Origin: an uncultured delta proteobacterium
Lineage (GTDB): Bacteria > Myxococcota_A > UBA9160 > UBA4427
Direction of reading: 5' to 3'
DNA: 64,000 bases
Assembly (NCBI GenBank): GCA_963822965.1
Contig: CAWGJT010000006.1
Span: forward strand, 896,001-960,000
The notes beneath the pieces were generated by a model, which did not search any database, was not told where the DNA came from, and saw only the letters and a list, made by a program, of their open reading frames with translations. Positions within the stretch are counted from its first letter, which is position 1. Each line of letters opens with the position of its first letter. Below, in pieces: positions 23,801 through 31,837 of this stretch. Both the position numbers and the translations under genes were made by a program.

Positions 23801-25783
23801 CTCGCCCGGGCACACCTGGCACGGGTCGCCGCCGCCCTGGGTCGCTTCGAGGAGGCCGAAGAAGCGGCGGGACGGGCGCTCGACCTCGAGGCGGGCGACG
23901 AGGAGACGGCGCTCGGCGACGATCTCCGTCTCGCCACGGCCCTCGTCGGCGGGCGCGCCGCCCGGACCCGGGATCGAATCGAGGCGGCCATCCTCTTCTA
24001 CGGCGCGGCACTCGACCTCGCCCCGGAGAACACCGAGGCCCTCGAGGCCCGCGGTGCGCTGCTCTTCGAACGCGGGGATCTGGCCGCCGCGCGCGAGGCG
24101 CTCGAGGCCCGCATCGAGCAGGGAGCGGACGCGGGACACGCGGAGCGCCTCGCCATGCTGGGCAGCGTGCTCGAGCTGGCGGGCGAGACCGACGCCGCGA
24201 TCGAGCGCTTCACCGACGCCGTCGCCGCCGACGCGCTCTGCGGCGCCGGCCACGCGGGGCTCGCGCGGCTCGCCCAGAAGGCCGGGCGCATCGACGAGGC
24301 CATCGCCGCGCTGGTGGGCTGGGCGGAGGCCGCTCGGGCGGACGACGATCGCGTGAGCTGCGGCGCGCGCCTGCTGCGCGCGGCGGAGATCGAGATGGGC
24401 CACGACCGCCTGGACGCGGCCGAGTCACACCTCCAGCAGGCCCTGCAGGCCGACCCCCAGAACGTTCGGGCCTGGGTGCTGCGGGCGGAGATCCTGGCCG
24501 ACGCGGATCGCATCGACGATCTGCTGGGGATGGTGCCGGAAGCCCTGAGCCAGGAGGCGGTCCTGGGTGTCGCGGACGGCGTCGCGCGTCTCTCGTTGCT
24601 GTACGCCCGGGCCCTCGAGCAACGGGGAGAGGCTGCGAGCGCTTGTGAAGCCTACGCGGAGGCCCAGGGGCACGATTCGCGCTGCGCCGAGGCCGCCCTC
24701 GCTCGGGCTCGCCTGCTGCGCGGGCGCGGCGAATGGAACGAGGCCGCCACGGTCCTGCGAGATTTCTGCGACGAACACCCGGAGCCCGACCATCGATCCC
24801 TGGCCGACGCGCAGTACAAGCTGGCGCGGCTGCTCTCGGGTCCGCTCGAAGACATGGAAGGCGCCATCCGGTGCTTCACCCGCGCCCTCGAGATCGCTCC
24901 GGATCACCCGAAGGCCCGCAGACCCCTGGCCAGCCTGCTCGCCGTGCTTCCGGACCGCTGGGACGAGGCCATCGTCCACCACGCCGCGATCCTCGACGTG
25001 GATCCTGCGAGCAGCGTCTCGTACCGCGCCCTGCTGGAGATCGCCCGCGGACGCGGTCAGGAGGAGGTGGTCCGATTCGGGCTCGCGGTGCTCCGGGCGC
25101 TCGGCACCGCCTCGCCGGGAGAGCGAGCCGAGGCGGCCACCTGCCTGCCGCGACCCATCGTCACGACGCCGGCCCTCGAGGATCCGATCGGCGAGATCGC
25201 ACGAAGGCTCGTGCAGCACGCCGCCGAGGCGCTGGAGCAGGTGCTGCCCGGAGACCCCGACGGCCCCGGCCCCCACGACTTCGGCGCACGGCTGCAGGCG
25301 GCGGAGCGCGAGGTCTGCGCGGTCGGGCTCGAGCGGCTCTCCGACGCCGAGGTGCGCGGGCTCCTCGAGGCGCTCGCCACGCTGGCCCTGGGCGACGACA
25401 CGGACCAGCCCGCCGCGGAGAGCGGACTCGACGCCGATCTGCTGCGCGGGCTCGAGCGCACCCTCGGGCGCTGGTCGCGCCGCAAGATGAGGCGGGTCCT
25501 CGACGGCACGACGCTCCACCAGATCCGGGCGATCGATCCCGAACGCTGGCGCAGCGAGGTGTGGGGCCTGGCCGCGGCGGTGGCCGTCGACCTGGCGCAC
25601 GGCGATCTCCGACAGGGGCTCGCCTGGCTGTGCCGCGACGTCGGCGCTCCGGAGGCGATCGGCGACAACGATGACCTCACGGCGCGGATCAACGGATGTC
25701 CGCCGGCTCGTGAGCTGCTGCGATTCGTGGCGGCGGGCTGGTGTCAGGAGCTCGCGAGACCCGACCGACCGAGGAGGGCCTGA
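17804..25783 (+). CDS. giant (about 2660 aa) TPR/alpha-solenoid repeat protein, myxobacterial AgmK/GltI-like
   Basis: Dozens of TPR-like units (A…Y..AL..DP….AL..L..LY…..W..L). TTG start after GGAGGGGGAG. Confidence 0.8.
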   Translation: MTSNLERNAAALAADSGDARAFAALEEEYFLAADWEKLVALYRQRLEDPQLEGDERSSFHCRLGQILEERCLDIDLAIAEYTAAIRLRPTDRLALRQLRQVHARREAWDLVLQIAELEIETLHEPYERAVFFAEMGDVWLRRIHDNNEAMTCFEQALAIDPRQKEALAGLARTLEAQGNVEAAAATWERLIGCVRGPDRAAPLVALASLLSGPLNQGERAVELYRRALSDDPRNEAAVEALSVSAGARGQWELLGDLFERRFRLAAGARRRTAIALEAGYMQLERLDNHEAARIWFERAREMSGEDVTVLTAFIDLERKADDAASLVAAIDQLVRAVGGAAPLGLLLEAASLHTDRGDDEKALAHLELAARKCPEDPLVLEGLATTYSNLLRPDDLAAVLERRAALCPDDPEAQAGAFAELGHVQATQLEDLAAAQDAYERAFAAMPSMPGVASALEGLYRKTESFDALRKLLERATEAAPPSERCGYYCSLGELLEEHFSQPDDSAACFEAALQLRPKTTRALRGLARLAERSGDSGAMIRALEREADVCGDEQRLGEIAYELASRHGAHDDLETALTWAERALGTAPRERRYLEGLAALQERLGRDDDLTRTLIRLEDVIDDVEHAAVRRRIAGLLERSGNGERALSYWEAALESEPDDLESLAALRRYYSDLNRSEDLAPVLRKLAERSPESEQTGYLDELARLLDEQLCDFDGAIVVLWRLANLPDRPEGVRARLEGLLERAGRFEELAQQLLESRRGLPADSPEAIDLELRRAALLLDPLGRFEEAAHAFREVRRRAPDRSEATAGLERALRADGDAIGLSGLLGEMAEAASDPERRDRLHFERAVLLEESLGELEQARQVYTALCTDETTAGVAEQAGSRLESLLERCGNWTCLRERLEHALARAADADQRALHERIASLCADRLGDQQGCALHLEAAGRLEPERPEPWRRLATLYQELDRPDDLLRVTEAELASGPDAERERVLHARAAALWVARPGEDERACEHYERLLELEPGRSDATGFLVARYEAANRFADVVRLLEDRLAAVSSEQATAPGEDEDPDRGLQTSLRLRIAALRAGELADPEGAIRMLEPALADGGPSGPAAQPLADLYTHTGANERLIRLCEEAAASCEPGAERARWQLRLAGCLRAEGDVAGAALAYREVLDQHPHDEDAYAALCDLYRQEGQAGPLAELLEASLGRASQADEVAIRMELAALCEERLSNPTAAFAHLRRVIGIEGDHEGAFERSLRLAGSLQRHEEQLELIDRRLELRLSAAQRIDLLERRADLLAGPIGAPEAAVGAYREVIALDPTRRSARASLRDVLEALGRWSAVLDCLYLDADSAEPDEKAAIYESAVEVATVHVGQDAALPWLERLRAVRPQDPLVVARIADVHRRAGRFESVLRAIEDELALTTDPARLRDLHLGRARILERDMQAPGRAISALEAAHELDPQHPEILRRLDELYDVAGRARERVAIVEARIEIGEAPLELHLTAARLYSEALAEPAQAIPHLLRAVLLTRVLQGGVDSGPVSTPAARAALLAELGSTLRAAGREEAWARAAEAELRVLQADLRDHPAESAAPDSRPERSDELRRNLAWSYANDLADHGGALRHMRALIDAWPRGGPRRDDLERIEQRYLDLLRGDANWVELESRLAGRLARGTESLEEWLELARLRDERLHAPRAALAAYERALALRPSSLGAIRGLRDLAERLADWPAAARSLELELALQGRWSPRERGALSRRLGEIAWHRLGDPERAENAYRAALDADPNDLDALRALEHLHETRGSWASAAELYEREAELLGDEEPERCKQAWLLFADISQRHLADPRRALRGYEQAAEISPLALADRLARAELYQSLGEMARFAEVYASWCDDPGAGASCDEHLALMEVLSDLGRADDALARARIAVEIDDRHPAAWSALARLLRDRGRLCEAADAWETAGELRVGREAALDLQEAALLVEESDREACIRRLRRAVERDAGSLLARAHLARVAAALGRFEEAEEAAGRALDLEAGDEETALGDDLRLATALVGGRAARTRDRIEAAILFYGAALDLAPENTEALEARGALLFERGDLAAAREALEARIEQGADAGHAERLAMLGSVLELAGETDAAIERFTDAVAADALCGAGHAGLARLAQKAGRIDEAIAALVGWAEAARADDDRVSCGARLLRAAEIEMGHDRLDAAESHLQQALQADPQNVRAWVLRAEILADADRIDDLLGMVPEALSQEAVLGVADGVARLSLLYARALEQRGEAASACEAYAEAQGHDSRCAEAALARARLLRGRGEWNEAATVLRDFCDEHPEPDHRSLADAQYKLARLLSGPLEDMEGAIRCFTRALEIAPDHPKARRPLASLLAVLPDRWDEAIVHHAAILDVDPASSVSYRALLEIARGRGQEEVVRFGLAVLRALGTASPGERAEAATCLPRPIVTTPALEDPIGEIARRLVQHAAEALEQVLPGDPDGPGPHDFGARLQAAEREVCAVGLERLSDAEVRGLLEALATLALGDDTDQPAAESGLDADLLRGLERTLGRWSRRKMRRVLDGTTLHQIRAIDPERWRSEVWGLAAAVAVDLAHGDLRQGLAWLCRDVGAPEAIGDNDDLTARINGCPPARELLRFVAAGWCQELARPDRPRRA

Positions 25784-26121
25784 TGGCACGCTCGAACGAA
25801 AACCATCGACGCCACCGGCGGCAGACCGTCCGCATCCTGGTCGACTATCGCTCGGACCGGGGAACGCGCTGCGACTACGCGACCACCCTGGGCGCGGGCG
25901 GCCTCTTCATCGAGTGCGAGGAGCCCCTGCCCGCCGGCACCGTCGTGAAGCTCCGCTTCCGGCTTCCCCAGAGCGACGCCCTGCACGAGCTCGAGGGCCG
26001 CGTCACCTGGAAGCGGGACGGACGGACGGGCAGCCGCTCGGTGGCCCCCGGGATGGGCGTCCAGTTCACCAACCCCGGCGCCACCGGCGCCCTGGCCCGC
26101 GAGCTGGACCACCTCGACTGA
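25783..26121 (+). CDS. PilZ-domain protein (Myxococcus TIGR02266-like)
   Basis: RRHRR, GGLFI…PLPAGTVVKLRFRLP, GRVTW, PGMGVQF. ATG overlaps the TPR gene stop (TGATG). Confidence 0.85.
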   Translation: MARSNENHRRHRRQTVRILVDYRSDRGTRCDYATTLGAGGLFIECEEPLPAGTVVKLRFRLPQSDALHELEGRVTWKRDGRTGSRSVAPGMGVQFTNPGATGALARELDHLD

Positions 26122-26180
26122 CCGCGCGCTCGCCACCCGGCCCGAGCGACCCGCCCCGAGCGACCGAAGCCGGCCGCGGC

Positions 26181-27224
26181 TCAGGCCGGGGCGACGGAGT
26201 CGGTCGGAACGCCGACGGGCGGCGCGGGTGCGGGCTCTCCCACGAGCTTCCATGCGTCGGTCCGGGCGCAGAGCTCCCGGAGCAGGGCCAGATGGAGCCC
26301 GTGTCCGCCCCGCTCCACGTGCACGTGACCGCGTACGGGATGGCCGAGCAGCGCGAGATCTCCCAACAGGTCGAGCAGCTTGTGGCGCACGAACTCGTCG
26401 GCCCAGCGCAGACCTCCCTCGTTCATCACCCCTTCGTCGTCGAGCACGACCGTATTGGCGAGAGAGGCTCCGCGCGCGAGCCCCACCCGACGCAGGGCAT
26501 CCACCTGCGCGAGGAACCCGAAGGTGCGTGCCCGCGCGAGCTCGGCCTGGAAGAAGGTGGGGGTGACGTCGGCGACCTCGAGACACTGTCGTCCGATGAC
26601 GGGATGGTCGAAGTCCACGGAGTACGAGACGGAGAACCGGCGTGCCGGCTCGATCCGCAGTCGGCGACGCGGATCGCCGGGATCGACCACCTCGACCGGG
26701 CGTCGGATGCGGATCACCCGGCGCGGCACGGGCTGCGCGATGGTGCCCGTCGATCGGATCAGATAGTCGAAGGGCTCGGCGCTGCCGTCCATGACCGGGA
26801 TCTCCGGTCCGTCGACCTCCACCCGCACGTTGTCGACGCCTCGGCAGGCGAGAACGGCGAGCAGGTGCTCGACGGTCCCCACGCTGTAACCGTCCCCGGC
26901 GTCGCACGCGGAATCACCGGGGGTGTCACTCGAGGACACAGCCGGGGCGTCGCAGGAGGACACAGCCGAAGTGGCGCGCGAGGACACAGCCGGGGCATCA
27001 CCAGCCGGCAGAGCCGCCCGCGCGGAGAGCGTCGTCGCGTTCGCCGTGGAGCAGACGTACTCGGCGCGCGCAGGGATCATCACGTCGCCCCCGGCTCGCC
27101 TTCGCACGAAGACGATCCCCGTGTCCGGCGCGGCCGGGGAGAGGACCAGCTCCACCGGCGCGCCCGTGTGGAGGCCGATCCCCGTGCAGGTGATCCTTCC
27201 CGCGATGGTTCGCTGCTTCGGCAC
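26181..27224 (-). CDS. lpxC: UDP-3-O-acyl-N-acetylglucosamine deacetylase, with a repetitive insertion
   Basis: QRTI…GIGLHTG, TVEHLLA, EIPVMDGSA, ARARTFGF, EFVRHKLLDLLGDL, GGH. Confidence 0.95.
   Translation of the reverse strand: MPKQRTIAGRITCTGIGLHTGAPVELVLSPAAPDTGIVFVRRRAGGDVMIPARAEYVCSTANATTLSARAALPAGDAPAVSSRATSAVSSCDAPAVSSSDTPGDSACDAGDGYSVGTVEHLLAVLACRGVDNVRVEVDGPEIPVMDGSAEPFDYLIRSTGTIAQPVPRRVIRIRRPVEVVDPGDPRRRLRIEPARRFSVSYSVDFDHPVIGRQCLEVADVTPTFFQAELARARTFGFLAQVDALRRVGLARGASLANTVVLDDEGVMNEGGLRWADEFVRHKLLDLLGDLALLGHPVRGHVHVERGGHGLHLALLRELCARTDAWKLVGEPAPAPPVGVPTDSVAPA
26932..27003. repeat. 24-bp in-frame tandem repeat inside lpxC
   Basis: GAGGACACAGCCG starts at 26932, 26956 and 26980. 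Encodes AVSS.. three times. Confidence 0.85.
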
Positions 27225-27606
27225 GCGTACTCTCCCAGCCGGCCCCCGACCGGACGCGGCGGGAGGTTAGCCCCACCGCCCGGGAGCCGCCGCGCCCGAC
27301 GCGCCATGGCCGCGGGCTGCGAACGCCGCCCCCCTCTTGCTGTGCCTGCGAATTCCCGAGACCTCGTCCTGGGCGGCGCTCCTCTCCTAGCAAGCTAGCC
27401 CTGATCCGCCATACGGATCAGGGCGCGACTCCCAATGCTGTTCGGATTCACGCGGCTACTCGGTCCGTGCCGCGACCCGAGTCCGGCACCAGGATCTCAC
27501 GACGATGAGGTTGTCGCGCTCAGGCTGATTCGAGCGATCTCGCGGGATCCGCAAGGGCTGACGGGCTCTGCGGCACGCGAGAAGCTCGAGGAATGACGCA
27601 TTGGGG

Positions 27607-30231
27607 CTAGGAGCTGCGCTGGGTCTGGGTCAGGGAGCTGCGCACTTCGTCCAGGATCTCCTTGGCGGACTGGTAGCGCTGATTGGGGTCCTTCAGCAGG
27701 CAGCGGTTGATCACCGCGGCCAGGGAGTCCGGGAGCTCCGGCTGGAGCTCGCGGATGTCCGGCGGCGGCGTATGGACGTGGTGGTACGGGATGTTGCCCT
27801 CCTTGAAGGGCACGGCGCCGGCCGCCAGCTCGAAGAGCGTGACGCCGAGCGAGTAGATGTCGGTCCGGTGGTCGATGTTTCGGCCCAGGGTCTGCTCGGG
27901 GCTCATGTAGTAGGGAGTCCCCGAGACGACGGTGGTGTGGTTACGCACCTCTTCGATCACCTTGGCGAGACCGAAATCCATCAGCTTCGCCTTCTTGTCG
28001 CGCGTCCACATGACGTTGGCGGTCTTGATGTCGCGATGCACGACCTTCTTGTCGTGCGCGTACGCGAGGGCCTCGCACATCTGTACCAGCACGTGCAGGA
28101 TGCCGGCCGGCGCGATGGCGCCGCGCCGCCGCAGGATCTCCTTCAGGGTGGTGCCGTCGACGAACTCCATCGCGATGTAGTAGCGACCGTCCTGGGCGCC
28201 CGTGTCGTAGACGGTGACGATACCGGGATGGTTGAGCTTGGCGGCAGCCTGCGCCTCCCGGAGGAAGTTCTTCAGCGCCTGCGGGTTCTCCTGCAGCGCG
28301 TCCGGGAGCACCTTGTAGGCCACGAGGCGGTCGAGGGAGGTGTCCTTCGCCTTGTAGACGATTCCCATCCCGCCGCGGCCGAGCTCTCCCACGATCTGGT
28401 AACGACCGGGCTGCCCGTCGGCGGCCGGCTTGCCGCTGCCGCTGTTGTCGCCGAGCGTGGTCTCTCCGACCACCTTCACGCGCTCTCGCGCCTGGGCCAG
28501 CCGCTGCTCGACGTCCTTGTAGTGGTAGTCCAGCGCCAGGATGCGCTCGAAGATCTCCACCGCCCTCGCCGCCTCGTCGTTCGCGTCGCAGATGGTGGCG
28601 AGGGAGTAGTAGACGGGCATGGTGTCGCGGTCGAGCTCGCGGTCGCCGATCGCCTGCTTGAGCTTCTTGGTCGCGAGGGAGAGCTGCCCGCGCGCCAGGA
28701 AGATGTCGCCGAGCAGGGCCGAGGCCTCGGAGAATCCCTCGCTCTCCGGAGCCACCTTCTGCAGCACGGTGATGGCCTCGTCGTCCATGCCCTCCGCGTG
28801 GTAGGTCTGGCCCGAGAGGAGGTGCTCGCCGGCGCGGTCGAGCAGCTCGGCCTGCTTGTCACGCTGGCCCAGACGCGCGCGGCACTCCGCGGCCTCCTTG
28901 AACTTCTCGGCCTTCTCGTAGCAAGCGGCCGCGTTGCCGCCATCCTCCGCCAGGGAGTACATCTCGGCAGCCGCCGGGTAGTCGCGGGCGCGCATGAAGC
29001 AGTCGCCCGCCTTGCCGTACGCCTCGAGGGAGCGGTAGAGATCCCCGGCCGCCAGGTTGTCGCCGGCGTGCTCGAAGCACTCGGCGGCCTCCTTGGTCTC
29101 GCCGCGGTCGCGGTGGACGGTGGCGAGGATGCGCGCCGCCTCCTCGTCCTGCCCCAGGCTCCGCAGCGCGTCCGCGGCTCGCTCGGGCAGCGAAGCGTCC
29201 TGAAAGAGCTCCGCAGCCTTCGCGAACTGCTGCAGGGAGAGGGCGAGCTCCGCGGCCTCGGTGAAGCAGCCGCCGCGCTCGAGGATGGCCAGGGCCTTGT
29301 CGGGTTGCTCCGCGCGGCGGAAGAGCTTGCCGGCCTGCATCACCAGCTTGACCAGGTCCTGGTGGAATTTCGCATCGCCCTTGTTGCGGAGGCTCTCCTC
29401 GCCGTAGACCTGCTCGAGACACTCGGCGGCCGCGAGCCAGTCCTTGCACTTCACGTAGGCGGCCGCGGCGTGGCGCAGGAAGTCCGCCTGCTTGTAGCAC
29501 TTGGCGGCCTGGCGCATGTTGCCGCCCTTCTCGTACATCTCCGCCGCGACACTCGTGCTACCGATGCTCTCGTAGCACTGGGCCGCCCGGTCGAATTCCT
29601 CCTGCTGCGCGAAGATGGCCCCGGCGGACTCGTGCCGGCCGGCCTGGACGTAGAGCTCGGCGGACTCCAGGAAGCGGTTCTGGTCGTGGCGGATCTCGGC
29701 CGCGCGCACGAAGCTGCCCGCCTGGACGAAGTACTCGGCGGCCTTGTCGAAGTGCTGGGCGTCGAAGAGCAGCTCGGCGGCCTCCAGCACATCACCCTTG
29801 CGGGCGAGCATCTGGGCCTGCTTCTCGGCCTTCTTGAGGAGGCGCTTCTCGAGGCCGCTGGCCTTGCGGGTCTCCGGCTCCGCCGCGGCCTTCGCGTCCC
29901 CGCGCCCCGACTTGCTCTTCTTCGCCTTCTTCTCGCCGTCCTTCGCGACCGAAGGCTCCCCCCCGTCGCCCCCGCCCAGCAGCCCGGCCAGCAACAGCAC
30001 GAGCCCCGTCGGCGCGAGGCCGAATCGCAGGGCCGGCCAGACGAGCCACTGCTCGAGGCTCAACCCGAGCCCGGGGTCGCTGCTCGCCAGCGCCGCCGCG
30101 CCGTGCACGATCCCGCCCACGGCGTGGGTGAGCGAGGAGTCCGGCATGTAGGTCGCGAGCAGCCCGAACGAGCCAGCCACCAGGGCCGGCAGGGACAGCA
30201 GCACCATCAGGATCCGTCCGACGACGCGCAA
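27607..30231 (-). CDS. membrane-anchored Hanks-type Ser/Thr protein kinase with TPR/SNAP-like repeats
   Basis: Two N-terminal TM segments, AAE.Y/F..AG repeats, then a C-terminal kinase (GRGGMGIVY, VAYK, HRDIKTAN, DFG, GTPYYMSPE). TTG start after GGAGG. Confidence 0.9.
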   Translation of the reverse strand: MRVVGRILMVLLSLPALVAGSFGLLATYMPDSSLTHAVGGIVHGAAALASSDPGLGLSLEQWLVWPALRFGLAPTGLVLLLAGLLGGGDGGEPSVAKDGEKKAKKSKSGRGDAKAAAEPETRKASGLEKRLLKKAEKQAQMLARKGDVLEAAELLFDAQHFDKAAEYFVQAGSFVRAAEIRHDQNRFLESAELYVQAGRHESAGAIFAQQEEFDRAAQCYESIGSTSVAAEMYEKGGNMRQAAKCYKQADFLRHAAAAYVKCKDWLAAAECLEQVYGEESLRNKGDAKFHQDLVKLVMQAGKLFRRAEQPDKALAILERGGCFTEAAELALSLQQFAKAAELFQDASLPERAADALRSLGQDEEAARILATVHRDRGETKEAAECFEHAGDNLAAGDLYRSLEAYGKAGDCFMRARDYPAAAEMYSLAEDGGNAAACYEKAEKFKEAAECRARLGQRDKQAELLDRAGEHLLSGQTYHAEGMDDEAITVLQKVAPESEGFSEASALLGDIFLARGQLSLATKKLKQAIGDRELDRDTMPVYYSLATICDANDEAARAVEIFERILALDYHYKDVEQRLAQARERVKVVGETTLGDNSGSGKPAADGQPGRYQIVGELGRGGMGIVYKAKDTSLDRLVAYKVLPDALQENPQALKNFLREAQAAAKLNHPGIVTVYDTGAQDGRYYIAMEFVDGTTLKEILRRRGAIAPAGILHVLVQMCEALAYAHDKKVVHRDIKTANVMWTRDKKAKLMDFGLAKVIEEVRNHTTVVSGTPYYMSPEQTLGRNIDHRTDIYSLGVTLFELAAGAVPFKEGNIPYHHVHTPPPDIRELQPELPDSLAAVINRCLLKDPNQRYQSAKEILDEVRSSLTQTQRSS

Positions 30232-30353
30232 GACGCACCTCCGCGCCTGTCTATCGGTCGCCCCGCCGCCGGTGTTGAGGCCGGAGACCCGCGGGCCCCG
30301 AATCTCGCCGTCCGCTGGCGTGGCACGGTTCGAGGGACCCGCGAACCGGGGCC

Positions 30354-31379
30354 TCAGGACTCGAGCAGCTCGAGGGCGTCCCCGAAGTCGCCGACCGACT
30401 CGGCCACCTCCTCGGGTCGCTGGAAGGTGGCCACGTGGAAGATGGCGTCTCCCTCGTTCACCAGGGGCAGCTCCGTCCGGCCGATCACGACGCCGGCGTG
30501 GCTCGCCACGATCTCCAGCTCCTCGGTGCCCAGGGGATCGGCGATCACCCCGAGCATGTCGCCCTGGGCGACGTAGACGCCGAGGCTCGCGCGGGCGCGC
30601 AGGATGCCCGCCCCGGGCGCCCGGATCCAGTGGCTCGAGTTCGCCACGAAGGGCTCCCGGCGCGGCCCGCTCGCGCTCGAGCGGTACATGCCCAGGTGGC
30701 GCATCACCGAGAAGACCCCCCGGACGCCGGCCCGGATCGCACGCTCGTCGAAGCGCAGGGCTTCGCCGCCCTCGTACACCAGCATCGGGACGCTCCGCTC
30801 GAGCACCGCCTGGCGGAGCGACCCGTCCCGGACGTTGGCGTTCAGCAGCACGGGGACGCCGAAGGCACGGGCGAGCTCGCGCGTCTCGTCGTCGTCGAGG
30901 CACGCGCGCACCTGCGGCAGGTTGGCCCGGTGGACGGCCCCGGTGTGCAGATCGATTCCGTGGGTGGAGTTGTCCACCACCTCCTTCAGGAAGATGTGCG
31001 CGATGCGGCTGGCGAGCGACCCGCTGGGCGACCCCGGGAAGGAACGGTTCAGGTCGCGACGGTCCGGCAGGTAGCGCGAGAGCCCGACGAAGCCGAAGAG
31101 GTTGACCACGGGCACGGCGATCAGCGCACCCCGCATCCGCCGCACGAGTCGGCGCCGCAGCACGCGCCGGATGATCTCGACGCCGTTGATCTCGTCGCCG
31201 TGGAGCGCCGCGCACACGAAGAGCCGGGGCCCCGGCTGGGAGCCGTGGACGACCTCGATGGGTAGACGCACCTCGGCGCCGCTCACCCGCCGGCCGATGG
31301 GGATCTCGATGCGCGCGCGGCTCCCGGGTGCGACCAGGGTGCCCCCGATCGCGAGCGGGCCGCTCGAGTCGGCGCTCAC
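30354..31379 (-). CDS. succinylglutamate desuccinylase/aspartoacylase-family (M14) zinc peptidase
   Basis: LHGDEING, RRDLNRSFPG, IDLHTG, YEGGE, C-terminal barrel-sandwich (PLVNEGDAIFH). Confidence 0.9.
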   Translation of the reverse strand: MSADSSGPLAIGGTLVAPGSRARIEIPIGRRVSGAEVRLPIEVVHGSQPGPRLFVCAALHGDEINGVEIIRRVLRRRLVRRMRGALIAVPVVNLFGFVGLSRYLPDRRDLNRSFPGSPSGSLASRIAHIFLKEVVDNSTHGIDLHTGAVHRANLPQVRACLDDDETRELARAFGVPVLLNANVRDGSLRQAVLERSVPMLVYEGGEALRFDERAIRAGVRGVFSVMRHLGMYRSSASGPRREPFVANSSHWIRAPGAGILRARASLGVYVAQGDMLGVIADPLGTEELEIVASHAGVVIGRTELPLVNEGDAIFHVATFQRPEEVAESVGDFGDALELLES

Positions 31380-31837
31380 GCGGGGTGCGGCCTGCGTGCC
31401 GTGCGCGGCTCGGGCCGGTCGAGCGCCATGCGACGGTCGACGTCGATGAGCAGGGGACCCGTCAGCGCGTTCCGTCCCAGCAGCATGCGGTGGATCATCT
31501 TCTCGCGGTCCACCAGGCTCACCTCGACTTCCTTGACGATGGGCCCGAGCCGTAGGGTCGTGCGCACGAAGATGCGCTGGGTGCGATGACCGGTGCTCGA
31601 GCGGACGACCCCGCGACGCACGATCCGGGTCTTCACGTGCACCCGCCGGCTCCGCTTCTTGCGGTGCAGGATCACATCGAATCCCACGTGGCCGCGCGGC
31701 AGCTCCTGGATGTTCTCGACGTGCAGCGCGCTGGTCCGCGCGCCCGTGTCCACCTTCGCCCGCAGCCTGGACACGCCCCAGTCCGGAAGGTCGACGTACT
31801 CGGTCCAGCCGATGATCACCGGCTCGCGCACTCTCAC
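31376..31837 (-). CDS. RimK-associated putative protease (RimB / retropepsin-like 'ATP-dependent Zn protease')
   Basis: IIGWTEYVDLP, AKVDTGARTSALH, VRSSTG, SLVDREKM..RMLLGR. Confidence 0.88.
   Translation of the reverse strand: MRVREPVIIGWTEYVDLPDWGVSRLRAKVDTGARTSALHVENIQELPRGHVGFDVILHRKKRSRRVHVKTRIVRRGVVRSSTGHRTQRIFVRTTLRLGPIVKEVEVSLVDREKMIHRMLLGRNALTGPLLIDVDRRMALDRPEPRTARRPHPA

Noticed and set aside
17699..24403. Long minus-strand ORFs (1406 aa and 821 aa)
   Set aside because: Antisense to the giant TPR gene, with no recognisable motifs.
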